Source: Colwellia hornerae (GTDB taxonomy: Bacteria; Pseudomonadota; Gammaproteobacteria; Enterobacterales; Alteromonadaceae). From it: DNA of 64,000 nt. The number at the start of each line of letters is the position of its first letter. The stretch's first letter is position 1. Both the position numbers and the translations under genes were made by a program. Location: NCBI RefSeq assembly GCF_007954355.1, contig NZ_VOLR01000011.1:32620-96619 (forward strand). Direction: 5' to 3'. This document shows, piece after piece, positions 30,029 to 39,357 of the stretch. The notes beneath the pieces are model-generated. The model was not told the origin of the DNA. It did no database searches and saw only the letters and a list, made by a program, of their open reading frames with translations.

Positions 30029-30299
30029 TATTATCTCCCTATTAAATGTTATCTTTGTAAATTTTACGTAAACCATCATATAATCATTGCTTGATATAAG
30101 TCACGAGTAAAATCAATTAAATCAGAATACTGTAGGCTTTTATTTTTATGATTTAATGTAAACAATATGCTAATTTGGTTTTTTGAAATTTTATAAAAAC
30201 TGTATTGTATTGACATATTATGTCACAGGTGTATGGTAAATATAAAGAATAAACACCATAATAATAGCGGGTGTTCGCTATGCGCTTTAAGGATAAACA

Positions 30300-30938
30300 A
30301 TGGAACAGCTGCTAGAAGTCGCTTCAAAATTTCCCACCGTTCTATATTCGACACTGCTAGGTGTCGTGGTTGTTTATTGGCTTATTGGCATGTTAGGGCT
30401 GGTCGATTTAGGTTTAGCTGGAGATGTAGACCTTGATGTAGAAGTCGATAGTGATGTTGATATTTCTGTCGGTGGCTTGACCGGTTTTATGCTGACCTTT
30501 GGAATAACTGGTGTGCCGTTTACCTTAGTTTTTAGCATTATTATCCTTATTTGCTGGTTAATCAGTTTTTACCTGCAATTCTATATTTTAGCTTGGTTAC
30601 CCGATGGTTGGTTATATTATCTGCTTGGCGCGGTTAGTAGCTTTATCGTATTTTTAATTTCTCTACCGTTAACCGCTATTGTTATTCGCCCCTTAAAAGG
30701 GATGTTTAAAAGTGTCGAAACCTCTAAAAGTAGCGAGTTGGTAGGAAAAAGTGCCACGATTGCTACAGGAACGGTTAGTGAAATTTTTGGTCAAGCTCGC
30801 ATATATAACAACGGCGCAGAAATCTTGCTTGATGTGCGCTGTGACCCAGAACACTGCTTAAAAAAGGGTGATAATGTGCTACTGATAGAATATTTAAAAG
30901 AAAAGCATGCTTACATTGTTGCGCCGTATGCTGACTGA
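30300..30938 (+). CDS. YqiJ/NfeD-like membrane protein with C-terminal OB-fold
   Basis: Multi-TM N-part with an acidic DVDLDVEVDSDVD loop. The C-terminal VGKSATIATGTVSE...GAEILLDVRCDPE...GDNVLLIEY is an NfeD-like OB fold. Immediately upstream of a flotillin, as in yqiJK. Confidence 0.7.
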   Translation: MEQLLEVASKFPTVLYSTLLGVVVVYWLIGMLGLVDLGLAGDVDLDVEVDSDVDISVGGLTGFMLTFGITGVPFTLVFSIIILICWLISFYLQFYILAWLPDGWLYYLLGAVSSFIVFLISLPLTAIVIRPLKGMFKSVETSKSSELVGKSATIATGTVSEIFGQARIYNNGAEILLDVRCDPEHCLKKGDNVLLIEYLKEKHAYIVAPYAD

Positions 30939-31009
30939 ATAACAAATAAATTATAATATACTTGGTCACACAGTAGTGACCATCGAATTTACATAAAAGG
31001 AAAAAAAAC

Positions 31010-32992
31010 ATGGTAATGGAACCACTTTATCTCGCGATTGGCATTGGCGTACTTTTAGTCTTTTCACTGTTAATCATGATGGCTAAGTTTTATCACAAAG
31101 TAGAGCAGGGCCAAGCATTAATCATCAACAAATTAGGCGCTGAACCAGAAATAAGTACCAATGGCGGCATGGTTATTCCGGTTATCCATAAAAAAGAAAT
31201 TATGGATATTTCTACCAAGCGCATGATGCTAGAACGAAAAGGGCGATCTGGGCTTATTTGTCAGGATAACATTCGTGCTGACATTACTATTACCTTTTAT
31301 ATTCGGGTTAATGAAACCAAAGAAGACATTCTACGTGTGGCAAAACAAGTTGGCTGTGAGCGCTCTTCTTTTCCTGAAACCTTGCAAGAACTTTTTGAAG
31401 CTAAATTCTCTGAAGCCCTTAAAACCGTAGGCAAACAATTAAATTTCACTGATCTTTTTACCCAGCGTGATATTTTTCGTGACAAAATTAAAGCGGTAAT
31501 TGGCCAAGATTTATCAGGTTATGTACTCGAAGATGTCGCCATTGATTTTCTTGAACAAACGTCGATAAACGATTTAGATCCTAATAACATTATGGATGCT
31601 GAAGGTATTAGGCGCATCACCGAGTTAACCGCTCAACAAAGTGTTGAAACCAATGACTTAAAACGCCAAGAAGAAATACGCATTAAACGACAAGATATTG
31701 ATGCTAAAGAAAAAGGCTTAGAACTTGATCGCCAATTAGCCGATGCCCAAGCTAAACAGACGCGAGAAATTTCTACCGTAGAAGCTCGAGAAGAAGCCGA
31801 AACGGCTAAAATAGTGCAAGAAGAATTCTGTAAGTCTGAACAGGCAAGAATAGCGACTGAACAGACCGTCGCTGTAGCCGAAGAAAATAAACAACGTGAA
31901 GCTGATATCGCACAACAAAATCGTTTTAGAGCTGTGGCTATCGAAGAAGAAAAAGTGAAACGTGCCCGTCAAGTTGAAGAAATAGATCGTGAAAAAGAAG
32001 TTGAAACACTACGAATCGACAAAGAAAAAGCCCTAGAAATAGAACGTAAAAATATTGCTGAAGTGCAGCGTGAACGCATCATGGTTGAAAAAGGCGTCGC
32101 TGAAGAAGAAGAGCTTATCAAAGATTTACGTGTGGTTTCAGAAGCTAACCGCCAAAAAGATGAATTGGTTATTAAAGCTAAAGGTGAAGCTGAGCAAGCA
32201 TTGGTTAAAGATATTGAATCAGCTAAAGCGCAAGAACAAGCGGCTGAGCATATCGCAAGAAAAATGCAAACCATTGCCGACGCTGAATTAAAAGCCGCGA
32301 GTAAACAGGCAGAGTCGAAGAAAATATTGGCTGAGGGTAACCAAGCAGAAGCGGCATCACAAGGGCTTGCTGAAGCTCAAATTACCTTAGCGCAAGCTGA
32401 TGCACACGAAAGACAAGGTGAGGCTGAAGCTAAAACACTCGAACTTAAGTTGACCGCTGAGGCTAAAGGTATACAAGAAAAAGCCTTAGCAGAAGCGACT
32501 GGTTTACGTGAAAAACAAGAGGTACTTAACGCAATGTCTGAACAAGCCAGAGAGTTTGAAACCTTTGGTTTACGTTTAAATCAAGAGCGTGAATTAACCC
32601 TAGCGAAACTAGAAAATAGTGTTGCGTTAGCTGAGAAGCAAGCGGGTGTATTAGCAACGGCATTAAGTGAAGCCAATATTAATATTATGGGCGGTGATGG
32701 CGAATTCTTGCGTCAGTTTATGAGCTCTATCACGGTTGGTAAGTCTATCGACGGCTTAGTCAATGAAAGTGAAACAGTAAAAACCTTGTTTAAAGATCAC
32801 TTAAATGGCGACCGCAATATTATGGACGATTTGGGTGGAGTGCTAGCAGGTGCTGCTCAAACGAGTGAAACCATGAAAAATTTCAACATGTCTAAGTTAT
32901 TGTCAACATTAAATAATGCCGATGACACCCAAAAAGGCGCATTGGCTAGTTTGTTAAACTTAGCGAACAAAAACTCGTCAGACGAAAAATAG
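31010..32992 (+). CDS. Flotillin-family SPFH (band-7) protein, YqiK-like
   Basis: N-terminal TM, then an SPFH domain, then a long E/A/K/Q-rich coiled coil (EA-repeat region) and a flotillin-type C-terminus. Confidence 0.9.
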   Translation: MVMEPLYLAIGIGVLLVFSLLIMMAKFYHKVEQGQALIINKLGAEPEISTNGGMVIPVIHKKEIMDISTKRMMLERKGRSGLICQDNIRADITITFYIRVNETKEDILRVAKQVGCERSSFPETLQELFEAKFSEALKTVGKQLNFTDLFTQRDIFRDKIKAVIGQDLSGYVLEDVAIDFLEQTSINDLDPNNIMDAEGIRRITELTAQQSVETNDLKRQEEIRIKRQDIDAKEKGLELDRQLADAQAKQTREISTVEAREEAETAKIVQEEFCKSEQARIATEQTVAVAEENKQREADIAQQNRFRAVAIEEEKVKRARQVEEIDREKEVETLRIDKEKALEIERKNIAEVQRERIMVEKGVAEEEELIKDLRVVSEANRQKDELVIKAKGEAEQALVKDIESAKAQEQAAEHIARKMQTIADAELKAASKQAESKKILAEGNQAEAASQGLAEAQITLAQADAHERQGEAEAKTLELKLTAEAKGIQEKALAEATGLREKQEVLNAMSEQAREFETFGLRLNQERELTLAKLENSVALAEKQAGVLATALSEANINIMGGDGEFLRQFMSSITVGKSIDGLVNESETVKTLFKDHLNGDRNIMDDLGGVLAGAAQTSETMKNFNMSKLLSTLNNADDTQKGALASLLNLANKNSSDEK

Positions 32993-33065
32993 TCATCAAG
33001 TATCAATCAGGCCATGCACAGTGATCCGTTCAAGGGTATCTGTGCATTAGCTCATGGAGTCTCAT

Positions 33066-36000
33066 ATGTCAGATAAGGATAGCGTCACTAATCAGGCTGT
33101 TGCAGAAGGAGGTTCATATGAACTTATTCAGCGCAGGTTGTCAGCCTTAGGCAGTGATCTTAATAGCCAAATTAAGCAGCTAAACGACGAGCGTATTGCC
33201 ACGTTTGGCTCCACCGATATGAAAGTTGATGCTCGTGTGCGGGTTAGAACTGAGCATAACTGTGTTGCTAGAGATATTGCCGCCATCGGAGATACCTTAC
33301 TTTTTGGCTATAACGTCTTTCTCGGTTTAAAGCGCAATATTACCGTCTCAGACGTTTTCAGTTTACACCAAATTAAAGGTGATAAAGATGATATTGAGAT
33401 TATTGATCTTCCGGTAAAGGATAGTTTTCTTGACGATGCTGAATTTGTCCGTGATTTTGATGAGTTATACACCTATTACAAAAAAACATTTCTAGCTCAT
33501 GTTTATCGACAAGGCAGTAAAGTATTTGCCATCTTTCGTATTGGTGAACGTCTTGACGATATTAGAGTATTTCGTTGGGGTATCGACGCTGATCAGCAAG
33601 TTAGCTATATCGATAATCGTGGTGAAAGAGATATAAAGCAGCCAGAAAATTTTGACTTTGAATGGCATAAAGTATCTCGAGAGCAACAAGAGCAAGGTAA
33701 ACACCCACATTATAATTTATATGACATCTTGTTTGTTGAAGCTATTGGTGGCTCAATTACCTTAAAAGTTGAGAATAATACCACCGCAGGTCAAGGCATA
33801 TATTCCGAGCCAGTCGAAGATGAACATCAGTCTATAGATGACGCCGAAATTCATTACGCCAGAGTTGGCGAGCTTATTTTATTGAAAATAAAGCCGTATC
33901 GTGAAACTGAGACCCGCCATTTAATTTTTAATGCTAAAACTCAGCAAGTGATCAGGCAAGATGCCATTGCCCATGCCTGTATTCAATTACCTGAAGACCA
34001 CGGTATTATTTTCCCCGGTGGTTACTATTTACAAAATGGCGAACACAAAAGTTTTGAAGATAATGCCGAAGATTTACAGTTACACCGCGTGATGAAATCA
34101 CCAAACGGTGAAGACTTTCTCTATATATTTTATGAACCAAACGAAGGGCAGTACGCTTTGTTCGGTTATAATTTGATCACGAGAACATTACAAAATCCCA
34201 TTTATGGTCATGGTCAAAGTTTATACAACAATGGTAGAGCGGTGGTTTTTAATGCCGAGTCTGAGCCATCACGTGTTCATGCTATGCAAATATGGCAAAC
34301 GCCTTTTTGTAGTGAAGAATTTGCCAGTAATCAACCAGTTGATAATAGCTTCTTTGGTAAAATAGGTAACCCTGAACTGGTTCGTGGTATTTCTGACTTA
34401 TTCAGTGTCGCTAAATTGATCTCGGTGCAAACACCAAGCGCGCAGCATTTTAATGATTTAGTGAAAGAGTCTAAGCAAATTTTTGACAAATATCATTGGC
34501 TTAATGATAAAGAGCTGAGTTTGCTGCATGATCTTATCAAGCAAATCGCGATCACCTCTGAATTGGTTATAGATGAATTTGAAAAAGTCACCAGCATTAA
34601 AGAAAACTCTGATCGGGCCTTAATTCAAGCAAAAGAAAAGCTAGCCAAGCTAGTAACACAAGTTCAAATTTCGGGTTTCGAGCATGCCTCACAATTCGTT
34701 GACTGCTTATCGGTTTTAGCCCAATTTAAAGGTGAATTGATCTCCCATAAAGATTTACGTTATATCGATGTTGACGCAATTAATGCCATGGAAACTCAGT
34801 TAGATACGTTAACGAAAGCACTTAGCCAAGCAACCGCTGATTTTCTCCAACAAGACGATGCTTTAACGCCTTATCAAAAGACCATAGTTGCATTAGAAAA
34901 AGCGATAGAAAAAAGTGAATCGGTTAGCTCATTAAAGCCGATTCGTACGGAAATTGAAGAACTTGTGCAAGGATTAGAATTGCTTAATCGCACTATGTTG
35001 TCACTAAAAATTGAAGATAGCCGACAAAGAACACGTATTCTAGAAGATATTTCCACTGTCTTTAGTCAAATAAACCGCGTTAAAGCTAATGCTGATTTGG
35101 CGGCTAAAAGTGTCGGTAGTGAAGAGGCGCGAGCAGAATTTGGTGCTCGATTTAAACTGTTAAGCCAAAGTGTCACCAGTGCTTTAAATGCCAGTGATTC
35201 ACCGCCAGCATGTGATGAGCAACTTTCTCAAATTTTAATTCAGTTAGAAGATTTAGAAAGCCAGTTTAGTGATTATGATGAATTTTATAATGAAATTATC
35301 ACTAAAAGGGATGAAATATACGATAACTTCGAACAACATAAGCAGCAGCTGATGGATGCACAGCAGCGTCGTTGTTTGAATTTGATGACGGCAGCCGAGC
35401 GTATTATCGAAGGTGTGATCAGACGGAGTCAATCGTTTAGTCTGCAAGACAAATTAAACAGCTATTTTGCTGGCGATCCTATGGTTGCCAAGCTTAGGCA
35501 ACTAATTGAACAGCTTAGAGAGCTTGATGACAATGTTAGAGCCGATGACATTGATGCGCAATTAAAAAATGCTAAAGAGCAAGGCATAAGAGCACTGAGA
35601 GATAAAACCGATATTTACTCTGCTGACGGTAGTTTAGTTAAAATAGGCGACCACCAATTTTCGGTGAATCGTCAAAAATTAGAACTGACCTTATTACCTC
35701 GTGATGGTGCCATGGTCTTGCATATCAGTGGTAGTGAATACTTTGAAACGCTACCCACTGAATTATTTGTTGGTACTGAATACCTTTGGCAACAAGCGCT
35801 GGTCTCAGAATCTGACAAGGTCTACCGAGGTGAGTATTTAGCGGCGACATTATTATTTGAGGCTGAATTTGCTGGCCAAGCGCAACTTGAACATTTAAAA
35901 GCGGCGGTAAAAAACAATGAATTAGGCAAGGTGGTCAGAAAAGCTGCTGAGCCACGTTATCAAGAAGGTTATGATAAGGGCGTACATGATGCCGATGCGG

Positions 36001-38285
36001 CATTAATTCTAACGCAATTACTTGCTTTAAGAGAATCTATTGGCTTGTTAGCTTATCCCGTCGCCGAAAGAAGACTAGCAGTACTTTTTTTCACCACAGA
36101 ATTAGCAGATAACGGCCGAAAAGATTTATTACAACGCAGTCATAATCTCCATATCATGGAAGAAACCTTTGGCGATAATCAATTACGTCATCAGCTTATT
36201 AAAGAACTGGCTACATTATTAGATAGTTATCTTGAAAGTCAGCCTTGGCTGAAATGTGACACGTTACTGTCAGCAACCTACCTATTGCAAGAGTTAGCTT
36301 TAGCCGAGCAGAAATTTGTTATTAAAGAAAGTAGCGTTGAGTTAGCCAACCAACTGAAGAGTCAGCTAAAGCATAAGAGCTTAGAAAAACAACTCAGTGG
36401 CGCATTATCGGGTTGTTTGACACTAGAGCAAAAATATCAACTTTACTGGGCGTGGTTGCAGGCTTTTTCTTCGCATCAGAGCATGAACATCCATCAAGAT
36501 ATTATTGCTGAAGCCGCAATCTTTATGCTGATGCAAGAGCAATGTGAATTCTATACTTCATTGGCTGACACCGAAGGTGTTGTTGATGGTTTATTGGGGC
36601 AGCACGGACAAATATCGGAGAGAAAAATTGCGATAAATTATCAAGAATTTATCACTCGACTACGCCAATTTAAAAATGAGCATGAACCGGCATTCAAAGG
36701 CTTTCATATTCAAAAGCAAAAGGTATTAGCGGCACAACGCAAACGCTTACGCTTAGAAGAGTTTAAACCAAGAGCGCTGTCTTCGTTTGTGCGTAATAAA
36801 TTAATTAATGATGTTTACTTCCCGATTATCGGTATTAATTTAGCTAAACAAATTGGTGCAGCTGGTAATAATAAACGTTCTGATTTAATGGGATTATTAC
36901 TGCTTATTTCTCCACCAGGTTATGGTAAAACAACGCTTATTGAATATGTTGCCAGCAAGCTAGGTATGACCTTTGTTAAAATAAACTGTCCTTCAATAGG
37001 ACACGATCAGTTGTCGCTAGATCCCGCTCAGGCAAATAACTCAACAGCAAAAAATGAAGTTGAAAAGATTAACTTAGCCTTTGAAATGGGTAACAATGTC
37101 ATGTTGTACCTTGATGATATTCAGCATACCAATCCTGAGTTCTTACAAAAGTTTATTTCCTTATGTGATGGCTCAAGAAAAGTGGATGGTGTCTGGAATG
37201 GCGAAAGTAAAACCTATGATATGCGCGGCAAAAAATTTGCAGTTGTCATGGCTGGTAACCCTTATACCGAATCAGGAGAAGCATTCAGTATTCCAGATAT
37301 GTTGGCTAACCGAGCCGATATTTATAATTTAGGTGATACCTTAAGTGGTCGAGAAGAAGAGTTCTCGTTAAGCTTTATTGAAAATAGCTTAACCAGTAAC
37401 CGCTACATCGCGCCACTAGCGACCCGAAATATGGACGATCTCTATAATCTGGTTAAAATTGCCGATGGTCAACAAGTTGCCACAACTGAGCTAAAACATA
37501 ATTATTCGCAAGCCGAAATCAATGAAATAGTTGCGGTTATTCAACGTATTCGTAAAATTCAAGCGACGGTATTAAAGGCTAATCAACAGTACATCGCCTC
37601 TGCCGCACAAGACGATAAATATCGCACTGAACCTTCGTTCAAGTTACAAGGAAGCTATCGCAATATGAATAAGATGGCGGAAAAAGTAGTGCCGGTTATG
37701 ACCGAAGAGGAAGTTGAACAGCTTATTGCCGATCATTATCGCGGCGAAGCGCAAACACTGACCATAGGCGCTGAAGAAAACTTACTTAAATTAGCGGAAC
37801 TGCGCAACAATCAAACCAGTGAAGAAAAAGTGCGTTGGCAACAAATTAAGGCGGATTTTGTTCGTCATCAAAACTTGGGCGACAGTGATAACCCCATTGC
37901 CGCGGTTGCGAGCCAAATATCGTTATTGCAAAAAGGCCTCAATCAAATAGGAGAGGCCTTGTTACAGCCTAAATCTGCAGCGTTAGCTACCTTAAATGAA
38001 ACGCTTGCAAGTCTTAAACTACAAGTGAATATTGAAAAGCCAGATGATTCGGCGTTAGCAGAAACTTTAGCGCTATTCAGCGAAAATATGGCGTCTTTTT
38101 TAACTCCACTGGTTAACACGTTACAAAGTAATAAGAACGTCGATTTGGCGATGATTGATACCTTAAAAACATTGAACCTGACGACTGAGAAATCAGTAAA
38201 AAGTTCTGAAAGCCATATTCAAAAAATTAGTCGAGAATTAGCATCAGGAAAACAACGTAATATTGATGTGCCGTCTGCTGACTAA
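33066..38285 (+). CDS. Giant (about 1740 aa) uncharacterised protein. The N-terminal ~1200 aa have no recognisable domain and include long helical/coiled-coil stretches. The C-terminus is a MoxR/dynein-like (AAA_5-type) AAA+ ATPase module
   Basis: Walker A LLLISPPGYGKTTLIEYVA. Walker B VMLYLDDIQHTNPEFLQKF (DD, not DE). Sensor-1/Arg region VVMAGNPYTESGEAFSIPDMLANRADIYNL. Start preferred at the ATG at 33066 (GGAG 6 nt upstream, MSDKDS..). The ORF-track ATG at 33054 lacks an RBS. 61 bp after the flotillin gene. Confidence 0.75.
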   Translation: MSDKDSVTNQAVAEGGSYELIQRRLSALGSDLNSQIKQLNDERIATFGSTDMKVDARVRVRTEHNCVARDIAAIGDTLLFGYNVFLGLKRNITVSDVFSLHQIKGDKDDIEIIDLPVKDSFLDDAEFVRDFDELYTYYKKTFLAHVYRQGSKVFAIFRIGERLDDIRVFRWGIDADQQVSYIDNRGERDIKQPENFDFEWHKVSREQQEQGKHPHYNLYDILFVEAIGGSITLKVENNTTAGQGIYSEPVEDEHQSIDDAEIHYARVGELILLKIKPYRETETRHLIFNAKTQQVIRQDAIAHACIQLPEDHGIIFPGGYYLQNGEHKSFEDNAEDLQLHRVMKSPNGEDFLYIFYEPNEGQYALFGYNLITRTLQNPIYGHGQSLYNNGRAVVFNAESEPSRVHAMQIWQTPFCSEEFASNQPVDNSFFGKIGNPELVRGISDLFSVAKLISVQTPSAQHFNDLVKESKQIFDKYHWLNDKELSLLHDLIKQIAITSELVIDEFEKVTSIKENSDRALIQAKEKLAKLVTQVQISGFEHASQFVDCLSVLAQFKGELISHKDLRYIDVDAINAMETQLDTLTKALSQATADFLQQDDALTPYQKTIVALEKAIEKSESVSSLKPIRTEIEELVQGLELLNRTMLSLKIEDSRQRTRILEDISTVFSQINRVKANADLAAKSVGSEEARAEFGARFKLLSQSVTSALNASDSPPACDEQLSQILIQLEDLESQFSDYDEFYNEIITKRDEIYDNFEQHKQQLMDAQQRRCLNLMTAAERIIEGVIRRSQSFSLQDKLNSYFAGDPMVAKLRQLIEQLRELDDNVRADDIDAQLKNAKEQGIRALRDKTDIYSADGSLVKIGDHQFSVNRQKLELTLLPRDGAMVLHISGSEYFETLPTELFVGTEYLWQQALVSESDKVYRGEYLAATLLFEAEFAGQAQLEHLKAAVKNNELGKVVRKAAEPRYQEGYDKGVHDADAALILTQLLALRESIGLLAYPVAERRLAVLFFTTELADNGRKDLLQRSHNLHIMEETFGDNQLRHQLIKELATLLDSYLESQPWLKCDTLLSATYLLQELALAEQKFVIKESSVELANQLKSQLKHKSLEKQLSGALSGCLTLEQKYQLYWAWLQAFSSHQSMNIHQDIIAEAAIFMLMQEQCEFYTSLADTEGVVDGLLGQHGQISERKIAINYQEFITRLRQFKNEHEPAFKGFHIQKQKVLAAQRKRLRLEEFKPRALSSFVRNKLINDVYFPIIGINLAKQIGAAGNNKRSDLMGLLLLISPPGYGKTTLIEYVASKLGMTFVKINCPSIGHDQLSLDPAQANNSTAKNEVEKINLAFEMGNNVMLYLDDIQHTNPEFLQKFISLCDGSRKVDGVWNGESKTYDMRGKKFAVVMAGNPYTESGEAFSIPDMLANRADIYNLGDTLSGREEEFSLSFIENSLTSNRYIAPLATRNMDDLYNLVKIADGQQVATTELKHNYSQAEINEIVAVIQRIRKIQATVLKANQQYIASAAQDDKYRTEPSFKLQGSYRNMNKMAEKVVPVMTEEEVEQLIADHYRGEAQTLTIGAEENLLKLAELRNNQTSEEKVRWQQIKADFVRHQNLGDSDNPIAAVASQISLLQKGLNQIGEALLQPKSAALATLNETLASLKLQVNIEKPDDSALAETLALFSENMASFLTPLVNTLQSNKNVDLAMIDTLKTLNLTTEKSVKSSESHIQKISRELASGKQRNIDVPSAD

Positions 38286-38467
38286 CATCGGCTATTGGGG
38301 TCAAAAATATTTCCCCCTTATCAAGAGCGCATCGGCTTATACTGCTCGGTAGAAGTAACATGACTATAGAACCAAAGCCGTGCTTTAAAAAATATGGTGA
38401 CGTCTCTTTTAAAAAGTGAGTAAAACGTCAATAATTAACCTGTAAAATAAAATGATGGAGCGAAGTT

Positions 38468-39280
38468 ATGAATGAAAAAATTGCAGCACTTAAATCAGAC
38501 TTAGCGCTCCTTAAAGCGCAATTTACTAAAAAAATTACCGATGTCGAAATTCGTTTAAAAAATATGATTGAACAAGAAATTTTAGAGAATTCAGTTAAAA
38601 ATAAAAAACAAGCGGCTTCACCCGAACATACACAAACTTTGTCTAATGGCGAGTGTGTTATTTTACTTCATGGACTAGCGCGCTCTGCTAGCTCAATGAA
38701 GGTTATTGAAAAGCGTCTTAGCGAAGAAGGCTACTTTGTTATTAACATTAACTATCCATCGAGGGAGTATTCGATAGAAGAGTTAGCCGAAAAAGTTATT
38801 TCGAGCGCCTTGTTAACCTGTGAAGACCGTCCTGTTAATTTTGTTACCCATTCAATGGGTGGCATTTTAGTGCGTCAGTATTTAAGTGTGCATAAAATAC
38901 CTCATTTAAATAAAGTGGTTATGCTTGGCCCACCCAATAAGGGTAGTGAAGTGGTCGACAAGCTGCGCAATGCGCCTGGCTTTAGTTTTATCAATGGCGA
39001 TGCAGGTATGCAGCTAGGTACCGGTGAATTAAGCGTGCCAAGTAATCTCGGTAATGCGAATTTTGATTTGGGTGTTATTGCCGGTAATCAAAGTATTAAT
39101 TGGATATTATCAACACTTATTCCAGATAAAGATGATGGTAAAGTTTCTGTCGCCAGTACCAAACTTGACGGTATGAATGATCACATTGAAATGGAAACAA
39201 CTCATCCTTTTATGATGAGAAATGACAAAGTTATTGAACAAGTTATTCATTACTTAAAATCAGGTAGTTTTCAAAAATAA
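38468..39280 (+). CDS. Alpha/beta-hydrolase (putative serine esterase/lipase, GHSMGG nucleophile elbow) with N-terminal coiled coil
   Basis: ILLHGLARSASSM ... VTHSMGGILVRQY. The N-terminal ~40 aa are a heptad-like coiled coil. Confidence 0.65.
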   Translation: MNEKIAALKSDLALLKAQFTKKITDVEIRLKNMIEQEILENSVKNKKQAASPEHTQTLSNGECVILLHGLARSASSMKVIEKRLSEEGYFVININYPSREYSIEELAEKVISSALLTCEDRPVNFVTHSMGGILVRQYLSVHKIPHLNKVVMLGPPNKGSEVVDKLRNAPGFSFINGDAGMQLGTGELSVPSNLGNANFDLGVIAGNQSINWILSTLIPDKDDGKVSVASTKLDGMNDHIEMETTHPFMMRNDKVIEQVIHYLKSGSFQK

Positions 39281-39311
39281 TTCTGCTAGAAAGCTTGCCT
39301 TTACTAACGAC

Positions 39312-39349
39312 CTGTATATACTGACAGTAACCACTGTGTAAATTTACAG
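39312..39349 (+). promoter_or_regulatory. Two adjacent LexA (SOS) boxes in the lexA promoter
   Basis: CTGTATATACTGACAG (39312-39327) and CTGTGTAAATTTACAG (39334-39349). Both fit CTGT-N8-ACAG, immediately upstream of the lexA ATG, as for E. coli lexA. Confidence 0.85.
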
Positions 39350-39357
39350 GCTACCCT

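Noticed and set aside
30200-30235. Possible LexA box upstream of yqiJ (CTGTATTGTATTGACA)
   Set aside because: The right half-site is GACA, not ACAG, and the spacing does not fit CTGT-N8-ACAG. Not a credible SOS box without further evidence.
30233-30436. 67-aa ORF overlapping the yqiJ start
   Set aside because: Out of frame with the well-supported YqiJ-like CDS. Arg/Cys-rich nonsense composition.
31736-32291. Low-complexity ORFs antisense or out of frame within the flotillin gene (31736-31972, 31969-32274, 32055-32291)
   Set aside because: They are generated by the GAA/GCT-rich coiled-coil coding repeats of the flotillin. No independent signals.
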